A DNA stretch of 64,000 bases from Fluviicola sp. (GTDB lineage Bacteria > Bacteroidota > Bacteroidia > Flavobacteriales_D > Crocinitomicaceae), in NCBI GenBank assembly GCA_043721195.1, contig JAYSRF010000108.1, forward strand, positions 21,341 to 85,340, in the 5' to 3' direction. The notes under the pieces were generated by a model. It made no database searches, was not told the origin of the DNA, and worked only from the letters and a program-made list of their open reading frames with translations. The position numbers and the translations under genes are program-made. Shown piece by piece: positions 57,153 to 64,000 of this stretch; within the stretch, counting starts at the first letter, position 1, and each line of letters starts with the position of its first letter.

Positions 57153-59165
57153 ATGTCTATTCTAGATTCTAAAATACCTGAAGGTCCTATTTCTGACAAA
57201 TGGACTGACTATAAAGATCATTTATCATTGGTTGCTCCGAATAACCGTCCTAAAATCGACATCATTGTTGTTGGAACAGGATTGGCTGGAGCTGCTGCAG
57301 CTGCGTCTTTAGGCGAAATGGGCTACAATGTAAAAGCATTCTGTTTTCAAGATTCTCCGCGTCGTGCACACTCAATTGCAGCACAAGGTGGAATCAATGC
57401 AGCGAAAAATTACCAAAACGATGGCGATAGTATTTATCGTTTGTTTTACGATACGATTAAAGGTGGTGACTACCGAGCACGGGAAGCAAACGTTCATCGT
57501 TTAGCGGAAGTTTCAGGAAACATCATCGATCAATGTGTGGCACAAGGTGTTCCTTTTGCACGTGAATACGGTGGTTTATTGGATAACCGTTCATTTGGTG
57601 GTACACAAGTTCAACGTACGTTTTATGCCGCTGGACAAACGGGACAACAATTATTATTAGGAGCTTATTCTTCTTTATCACGTCAAATTGGTTTAGGGCA
57701 TGTACAAATGTACAACCGCCACGAAATGTTGGATGTGGTAAAAATCGACGGGAAAGCCCGTGGAATTATTGCTCGTAATTTGGTGAATGGAGAAATCGAA
57801 CGTCATTCAGCTCATGCGGTGATCATTGCTTCTGGAGGATATGGAAATGTTTATTTCTTGTCAACTAACGCAATGGGAAGTAACGTAACAGCAGCTTGGA
57901 AAGCACACAAACGCGGTGCTTACTTCGCAAATCCTTGTTTCGTACAAATTCACCCAACCTGTATTCCAGTTCATGGGACCAACCAATCGAAACTGACGTT
58001 GATGTCGGAATCATTGCGAAATTCAGGTCGTATCTGGGTACCGAAGAAAAAAGAAGATGCGGAAGCAATTCGCGCAGGGAAATTAAAACCAACGCAAATC
58101 GCAGAAGAAGATAGAGATTACTACTTGGAAAGAAGGTATCCTGCATTTGGAAACTTAGTTCCACGTGACGTAGCATCTCGCGCAGCAAAAGAACGTTGTG
58201 ATGCTGGACATGGAATCGAAGCAAACGATACCAATGAAGGTGTTTACTTGGATTTCTCTTCTGAAATTAAATCAAAAGGAAAACAAGCGGCATTTACTGC
58301 TGGTGATCACAATCCATCTGATGAAAAAATCATGGAATTGGGTAAAAAATGGGTGGAAAGTAAGTACGGAAACCTATTCCAAATGTATGAAAAGATCACC
58401 GATGAGAATCCGTATGAAACACCAATGAAAATTTATCCAGCGGTGCATTATACAATGGGTGGTGTTTGGGTTGATTACAACTTACAAAGTACTATTCCAG
58501 GTTGTTTCGTAGCTGGTGAAGCGAATTTCTCAGATCACGGAGCAAATAGATTAGGGGCTTCTGCTTTGATGCAAGGTTTAGCTGATGGATATTTTGTATT
58601 ACCATACACTGTTTCAGATTACTTATCCAATGAAATTCGTACGGGAACAATCTCAACAGATTCTCCTGAATTCGAAGAAGCTGAAAACAGTGTAAAATCA
58701 AGTATCAAACAATTCCTAGATAACAACGGAACAAAAACAGTTGATCATTTCCACAAACGTTTGGGATTGATCATGTGGAATAAAGTTGGAATGGGTAGAA
58801 ATGCCACCGATTTACAGGCTGCCATTACTGAAATTGCTGCTTTAAAAGAAGAATTCTTCAAAGATGTGTTTGTTCCTGGTGATGCTAATGAATTGAACCC
58901 AGAATTGGAAAAAGCATTGCGTGTTGCCGATTTCTTTGATTTAGGTCAATTAATGGCACGTGACGCCTTGCAACGCAACGAATCATGTGGTGGACATTTC
59001 CGTGATGAATACCAAGATGCAGAAGGAGAAACATTGCGTGACGATGAAAACTTCAAATTTGTAGGCGCTTGGGAATACAAAGGCAACGACATCAATGAAG
59101 CGATTTTGCACAAAGAACCGTTGAATTACGAGTTTATTAAGATTGCGGCGAGAAATTATAAGTGA
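57153..59165 (+). CDS. sdhA: Succinate dehydrogenase/fumarate reductase flavoprotein subunit
   Basis: [51 protein letters not shown]. Confidence 0.97.
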   Translation: MSILDSKIPEGPISDKWTDYKDHLSLVAPNNRPKIDIIVVGTGLAGAAAAASLGEMGYNVKAFCFQDSPRRAHSIAAQGGINAAKNYQNDGDSIYRLFYDTIKGGDYRAREANVHRLAEVSGNIIDQCVAQGVPFAREYGGLLDNRSFGGTQVQRTFYAAGQTGQQLLLGAYSSLSRQIGLGHVQMYNRHEMLDVVKIDGKARGIIARNLVNGEIERHSAHAVIIASGGYGNVYFLSTNAMGSNVTAAWKAHKRGAYFANPCFVQIHPTCIPVHGTNQSKLTLMSESLRNSGRIWVPKKKEDAEAIRAGKLKPTQIAEEDRDYYLERRYPAFGNLVPRDVASRAAKERCDAGHGIEANDTNEGVYLDFSSEIKSKGKQAAFTAGDHNPSDEKIMELGKKWVESKYGNLFQMYEKITDENPYETPMKIYPAVHYTMGGVWVDYNLQSTIPGCFVAGEANFSDHGANRLGASALMQGLADGYFVLPYTVSDYLSNEIRTGTISTDSPEFEEAENSVKSSIKQFLDNNGTKTVDHFHKRLGLIMWNKVGMGRNATDLQAAITEIAALKEEFFKDVFVPGDANELNPELEKALRVADFFDLGQLMARDALQRNESCGGHFRDEYQDAEGETLRDDENFKFVGAWEYKGNDINEAILHKEPLNYEFIKIAARNYK

Positions 59166-59169
59166 TTAG

Positions 59170-59253
59170 TTTTTAGATTCGTTGGAAACAGAAATTCAGG
59201 AAATGGGAAAAATGATGAATTCATTTTTCAATAAGTTAAAGGGAAAATTGTAG
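59170..59253 (+). pseudogene. Probable 3' relic of a four-helix-bundle (23S IVS-type) protein gene
   Basis: Startless frame FLDSLETEIQEMGKMMNSFFNKLKGKL* resembles the family's last helix (EI.KM...L..L); followed by heptamer repeats. Confidence 0.5.
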
Positions 59254-59280
59254 TCAAATATTGAGCTAGTGTTAAATGGT

Positions 59281-59315
59281 TTTCTAACCACTAATCACTA
59301 GCCACTAATAACTAA
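59281..59315 (+). repeat. Five tandem degenerate heptamers
   Basis: TTTCTAA CCACTAA TCACTAG CCACTAA TAACTAA just before the sdhB ATG. Confidence 0.8.
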
Positions 59316-59321
59316 AATAAT

Positions 59322-60086
59322 ATGGCCTCAAAAACAATAAACATCAACCTTAAAATCTGGCGTCAGAAAAACGCCAATTCAAAAGGGAGTATGGAAACAT
59401 ACAAATTGGACAACGTCTCTACTGATAGTTCATTCTTAGAAATGTTGGATCAGTTGAACGAACAATTGGTGAACAGTCGCCAAGAACCAATTGCGTTCGA
59501 TCACGATTGCCGTGAAGGAATTTGTGGAATGTGTTCCTTGTTTATCAATGGAGAAGCTCATGGACCGGATCGCGCAGTAACTACTTGTCAATTGCACATG
59601 CGTAAATTCAAAGATGGCGAAACAATCTATGTTGAACCTTGGAGAGCAAAGGCATTCCCTGTAATCAAAGATTTGGTTGTTGATAGAACGGCATTTGATC
59701 GCATTCAGCAAGCTGGTGGTTTCGTTTCTGTGAACACTTCAGGAAACACCATTGATGCAAATACAATCCCTATTCCAAAAGCAGATGCAGATAAAGCATT
59801 TGAAGCAGCTACTTGTATTGGTTGTGGAGCATGTGTTGCATCATGTGTCAATGCTTCTGCAATGTTATTTGTTTCTGCAAAAGTTTCGCAGTTGGCTTTG
59901 TTACCGCAAGGTAAAGTTGAAGCGCAACAACGTGTTCTGAATATGGTAAAACAAATGGATGAAGAAGGATTTGGAAACTGTACCAATACTGGAGCTTGCG
60001 CCGTTGAATGTCCAAAAGAAATCTCATTAGAAAACATTGCACGCATGAACCGTGAATATTTCAAAGCAATGGTTAGCGCTGAATAA
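59322..60086 (+). CDS. sdhB: Succinate dehydrogenase/fumarate reductase iron-sulfur subunit
   Basis: [34 protein letters not shown]. Confidence 0.97.
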   Translation: MASKTININLKIWRQKNANSKGSMETYKLDNVSTDSSFLEMLDQLNEQLVNSRQEPIAFDHDCREGICGMCSLFINGEAHGPDRAVTTCQLHMRKFKDGETIYVEPWRAKAFPVIKDLVVDRTAFDRIQQAGGFVSVNTSGNTIDANTIPIPKADADKAFEAATCIGCGACVASCVNASAMLFVSAKVSQLALLPQGKVEAQQRVLNMVKQMDEEGFGNCTNTGACAVECPKEISLENIARMNREYFKAMVSAE

Positions 60087-60110
60087 AAAAACAAACAACT
60101 CAATTAAATG

Positions 60111-60140
60111 AACAGGTTGCTCAATTAGCGACCTGTTTTT
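60111..60140 (+). terminator. Intrinsic terminator after sdhB
   Basis: AACAGGTTGCT-CAATT-AGCGACCTGTT plus T run. Confidence 0.8.
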
Positions 60141-60238
60141 GCTTTATAACCTCCTGTTTTTAAAAGAGTCTACAATTCTAAAGTTGTAATTTAACAGATT
60201 GTTAACTATCTTTGACCTGTCTTAATCTATATTTTTTT

Positions 60239-61918
60239 ATGAAAAAACTTTTACTTTCATTCGGGTTGGTCTTATTAACAGCCAATTCTTTTTCTCAGGT
60301 GATCTTTCAAGTGGAAGCGCCAGCAAGTATTGCAGGTCCTTACGCGATCACAAACCCAACTGATTGGGGTGCTGACATGAGTAACCCAGCCAATGCTGTC
60401 TCAGATACAGTAATGTTGGCTATTGATTCATTGGGTTGTACCGCTTTAACAAATGATTTAACTGGTAAAATCGCTTTGGTTTACCGTGGGACATGTAATT
60501 TCAGTCAAAAAGCTTTAGCTGCGCAAGATGCTGGAGCAATTGCTTGTATTGTAGTAAACAACATCCCTGGAGCACCTGTAGGAATGGGCGCAGGAAGTTT
60601 CGGTCCATCTGTTACGATTCCAGTTGTTATGGTTTCTGACGTTACTGGCGATTTAATCCATGATGCTATGGAAGCTGGTCAAGATGTAGTTGTATTCATT
60701 GGTCAAAAAAATGGATACTATGCGGATGATTTAGGTTTCACAAATGCAGACGTTTTGCGTGTAGATGCAAATGGTTTTCCAATTCAATTGGCTCAAAGTG
60801 CAGCTGAATTTACAACAACTTTAGGTGGATGGGTTCGTAACTATGGAACAAATGATCAAACTGGTATCACCTTGAATGCAAAAGTAAACAACGGTGCAAA
60901 TGTGTATGACAATACTTCAGCTTCGTTTTCTTTGTTGAGTGGAGATAGTATTTTCATCACAATGCCTGACTTTAGTTTAGCAACTTATCCAGCTGGAATC
61001 TACACACTTACTTACGCGCTTTCGTATGGTGCAACGGATCAATACACTCTAGACAATACAATTGTTTCTGAATTTAACGTGAACGACTCAATCTATTCAT
61101 TAGGTCGTTTAGATGTTGCTGGTTTGCCAATTACAACTACAGGTACGCAGCCTTCACCGAATGATGGGTCGTACTCTTCTTGTATTGCTTTCACAAATGC
61201 TAATGCGAGTCGTTTAGGAGTTGCAGGTTTGTATTTCAGTGCTGCTATCAATGCTCCAGATTCATTAGACGGTCAAGAAATTTTGGTTACAGCCCTTAAA
61301 TGGGAAGACGTATTTGTGGATATAAATGATGCTGCTTTTGGGTTTACAACACTCACTGAAATCGCATCTTCTAGTTTCTACTACCCTACAACAGGTGGTT
61401 TGAACAATATTGCTCAATACCAAGCATTTGATGTACCAGTTGTATTGGAAGATAATCAACGTTACTTGTTCTGTACACAGACATTTGATACACGTATTTT
61501 CCTTGGATATGATGGAAATTCCAATTATGATGAGAACATAATACAAGACTTGCAAGTGTTTCACCCAATTGAAAGCAATGGTACTTTCTTCCGTGATGGA
61601 TTTGCATCTGGAATCGTTCCTTCAATCGGAGTTAAAGTATTTGATGCTGCTGACTTAACAATCAATGAAAACATTCTTGAAACAGCTTCATTCCCTAACC
61701 CAACGAAAGATGTGGTTACTGTGAAAGTGAACGCTACAGGAAATGCAGTATTAACAGTTACAGATTTAGCTGGACGTGCTGTTTCTACTCAAGAAGTAAC
61801 AATCAACAACGGTCAATTCACAACAAATGTGAGTGGCTTCAACGCTGGAACGTATGTATTCTCATTGGTTTATGACAATGGAATGAATAGTCAATTCAAA
61901 GTTGTTGTTGCAAAATAA
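60239..61918 (+). CDS. T9SS-secreted protein with N-terminal PA domain (paralogue 1)
   Basis: Signal peptide from ATG 60239; PA domain GKIALVYRGTCNFSQKALAAQDAGAIACIVVNN; CTD FPNPTKD...GTYVFSL...FKVVVAK; TATCTTTG promoter box at 60207-60214. Confidence 0.9.
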   Translation: MKKLLLSFGLVLLTANSFSQVIFQVEAPASIAGPYAITNPTDWGADMSNPANAVSDTVMLAIDSLGCTALTNDLTGKIALVYRGTCNFSQKALAAQDAGAIACIVVNNIPGAPVGMGAGSFGPSVTIPVVMVSDVTGDLIHDAMEAGQDVVVFIGQKNGYYADDLGFTNADVLRVDANGFPIQLAQSAAEFTTTLGGWVRNYGTNDQTGITLNAKVNNGANVYDNTSASFSLLSGDSIFITMPDFSLATYPAGIYTLTYALSYGATDQYTLDNTIVSEFNVNDSIYSLGRLDVAGLPITTTGTQPSPNDGSYSSCIAFTNANASRLGVAGLYFSAAINAPDSLDGQEILVTALKWEDVFVDINDAAFGFTTLTEIASSSFYYPTTGGLNNIAQYQAFDVPVVLEDNQRYLFCTQTFDTRIFLGYDGNSNYDENIIQDLQVFHPIESNGTFFRDGFASGIVPSIGVKVFDAADLTINENILETASFPNPTKDVVTVKVNATGNAVLTVTDLAGRAVSTQEVTINNGQFTTNVSGFNAGTYVFSLVYDNGMNSQFKVVVAK

Positions 61919-61939
61919 TAACACTTATTCTTAACAGTG

Positions 61940-61969
61940 AAAGGGGTTGGCGGTGTCAGCCCCTTTTTT
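61940..61969 (+). terminator. Intrinsic terminator
   Basis: AAAGGGGTTGGC-GGT-GTCAGCCCCTTT plus T run. Confidence 0.8.
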
Positions 61970-62060
61970 ATACAAATAAAAATTAACATTCTGTTGTCAT
62001 AATTTGTAATTTAAAGATTCGTTTAACTATCTTTAACACGTCTTTAAATTTACTTATGCT

Positions 62061-63734
62061 ATGAAAAAACTAGTACTTTCACTAGGATTGGTGCTCTCCA
62101 GTGCTTATTCCTTTTCACAAGTCATCTTTACCGTCGAGAATCCAGCAGGGATTTCGGGTAGTTATAACTTTACTTACACAAGCGGTTGGGCTGCAGATTT
62201 AAACCTTACAGCAAACTCCGTATTGGATACTGTGATGCTTGCAACAGACTCATTGGCTTGTTCAGCAATTACAAATGATCTAACTGGAAAAGTGGCATTA
62301 GTCTATCGCGGAACATGCGAGTTCGGTGCAAAGGCATTAGCTGCTCAAAATGCTGGTGCAATTGCTGTAATCATTGTCAATAACATTGCAGGTGCTCCAA
62401 TTGCTATGGGTGCTGGTGCTGCTGGTGGTTCGGTTACCATTCCTACTGTTATGATTTCACAAGCTGATGGTGATTTAATTCACGATCAAATGGAAGCTGG
62501 TGATGATGTAGTTGTATTCATTGGTAACAAATCTGGTTATTATAACGACGATATTGGTTTCCAAAACATCAATATTTTGCGTACCAATGGAAACGGAATT
62601 CCTGCTTTAATTGCACAAAATGCTTCAGAATTCAACACAACTATCGGTGGTTGGGTATTTAACTATGGTAGCAATGACCAAACAGGTATCACCATGAATG
62701 TTACTGTTAACAATGGTGCTAATGTTTATGATCAAACCTCTACAGCTTTTAGTTTATTAAGTGGAGATAGTGCTTATATCACACTGCCAGACTTCAACCT
62801 TGCTAGTTACCCTGCTGGTGAATACACCCTAACATATTCTGTTGACAATGGTATTACTGATGAATATCCAACTGACAACAGTATTGCTACAAAATTCAAT
62901 ATCAATGATTCTATTTATTCATTGAGCAGATTGGATGCACAAGGAATGCCTGTTAGTGATGGAGGAATTCGTCCAAATCCAAACAACAACTCATTCTCTT
63001 CTTGTATTGTATTTGTTAATGCGAATGGAAGTCGTTTAGCTGCAAAAGGTATGGCGTTTAATGCTTCTACATCAACTGCAGATTCATTGGATGGTCAAGA
63101 GATTGTATTAACAGCTTTCAAATGGGAAGATGCTTTTATAGATTTAAATGATGCAGCTCTTGGTTTCACAGCCTTGACTGAAATGGCGTCTGGAAATTTC
63201 TACTATACAGGAAATGATCAAAACATTCCTAAATACCAAGATTTTACTGCACCTTTCGCAATGGAAGATGGTCAACGTTACTTGTTTTGTGCAACAACAT
63301 ACAACACAGCGATTTTCTTAGGATATGATACACAATCTAAATATGAATTGAATGTTGCTACTGACGCTCAACCATTATACCCTGTAGAAAGTGATGGTGC
63401 TTACTCTGCTGGTGGTTTCGAAGGTGGTGATGTTCCATCTTTAGCTGTTAAAGTATTTGATGCTAGTATTCTAACAATCAATGAAAACGTTCTTGAAACG
63501 GCTACATTCCCAAATCCTACAAAAGATGTAATTACTGTAAAAGTAAATGCTACTGGAAATGCAGTATTAACAGTAACTGATTTGGCTGGACGTGCTGTTT
63601 CAACACAAGATGTAACAATCAACAACGGTCAATTCACAACAAACGTAAGCGAATTCAATCAAGGAACGTATGTATTCTCTTTGTCTTATGACAATGGAAT
63701 GAACAGTCAGTTCAAAGTGGTTGTAACGAAATAA
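62061..63734 (+). CDS. T9SS-secreted protein with N-terminal PA domain (paralogue 2)
   Basis: Same architecture: GKVALVYRGTCEFGAKALAAQNAGAIAVIIVNN; CTD FPNPTKD...FKVVVTK. Confidence 0.9.
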   Translation: MKKLVLSLGLVLSSAYSFSQVIFTVENPAGISGSYNFTYTSGWAADLNLTANSVLDTVMLATDSLACSAITNDLTGKVALVYRGTCEFGAKALAAQNAGAIAVIIVNNIAGAPIAMGAGAAGGSVTIPTVMISQADGDLIHDQMEAGDDVVVFIGNKSGYYNDDIGFQNINILRTNGNGIPALIAQNASEFNTTIGGWVFNYGSNDQTGITMNVTVNNGANVYDQTSTAFSLLSGDSAYITLPDFNLASYPAGEYTLTYSVDNGITDEYPTDNSIATKFNINDSIYSLSRLDAQGMPVSDGGIRPNPNNNSFSSCIVFVNANGSRLAAKGMAFNASTSTADSLDGQEIVLTAFKWEDAFIDLNDAALGFTALTEMASGNFYYTGNDQNIPKYQDFTAPFAMEDGQRYLFCATTYNTAIFLGYDTQSKYELNVATDAQPLYPVESDGAYSAGGFEGGDVPSLAVKVFDASILTINENVLETATFPNPTKDVITVKVNATGNAVLTVTDLAGRAVSTQDVTINNGQFTTNVSEFNQGTYVFSLSYDNGMNSQFKVVVTK

Positions 63735-63759
63735 ACAATGTTTTCTCAGCAATGAGGGG

Positions 63760-63784
63760 GGGTCGGTTTTGCCGACCCTTTTTT
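63760..63784 (+). terminator. Intrinsic terminator
   Basis: GGGTCGGT-TTT-GCCGACCC followed by TTTTTT. Confidence 0.85.
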
Positions 63785-63882
63785 AATGCATACTATTTTG
63801 TTTCATCATGTGATTACAACTCACTTTAATAAACTTCCTTATCTTCGTCTAACGATTGAAGCACGAAAATTCTGAGCAAATT

Positions 63883-64000
63883 ATGACATACGAAGCAGCA
63901 TATACTGAATTACAAACCATTATTTCTGATATCGAGTCGGGTGAAATATCCGTTGACAGCCTTTCTGATAAAGTGAAACGCGCCGCTGAATTGATTGCTT
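63883..64000 (+). CDS. xseB: Exodeoxyribonuclease VII small subunit (3' truncated; not in ORF track)
   Basis: Manual translation MTYEAAYTELQTIISDIESGEISVDSLSDKVKRAAELIA...; in-frame TTG at 63856 is an alternative start. Confidence 0.85.
   Translation, partial: MTYEAAYTELQTIISDIESGEISVDSLSDKVKRAAELIA

Noticed and set aside
2123-63625. Many 60-140 aa track ORFs antisense to or nested in long genes (e.g. 3939..4250, 21548..21931, 59705..60103)
   Set aside because: They are shadows of well-supported genes on the other strand or frame, with no motifs or independent start context

Overview
This looks like a Bacteroidota chromosome segment (Flavobacteriales, Crocinitomicaceae/Fluviicola-like, inferred from TAnnTTTG promoters, T9SS C-terminal domains and gene content). 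Most of it is housekeeping: hemW, acyl-CoA dehydrogenase, hemD, PBP1A, scoA/scoB, a GT-C/GT2/MBOAT/AlgJ envelope-modification cluster, feoAB, an 8-gene arginine operon, metG, xseA, SCO, MFS, sdhCAB, two PA-domain T9SS paralogues and a partial xseB. The main accessory finds are five. (1) A complete 4,113-bp IS1595-family element (7187-11299) with terminal inverted repeats and a perfect 8-bp target duplication, carrying about 8 passenger ORFs including a retropepsin-like protease, an XRE regulator and secreted proteins. (2) An unannotated 21-aa Arg-rich leader peptide (RRRRP) plus hairpin in front of the arg operon. (3) A two-gene island pairing a 4-TM plus trypsin-like protease fusion with a ~970-aa exported protein that has a 121-aa tandem duplication. 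(4) A TonB receptor tightly coupled to a TPR adenylate cyclase. (5) A mobile mystery A/B pair with three phased operator-like boxes. GTAG-type REPs, a nested palindrome and a four-helix-bundle gene relic are also present. No CRISPR array, rRNA or tRNA was recognised. All family assignments come from motif recognition by eye; no database searches were run.
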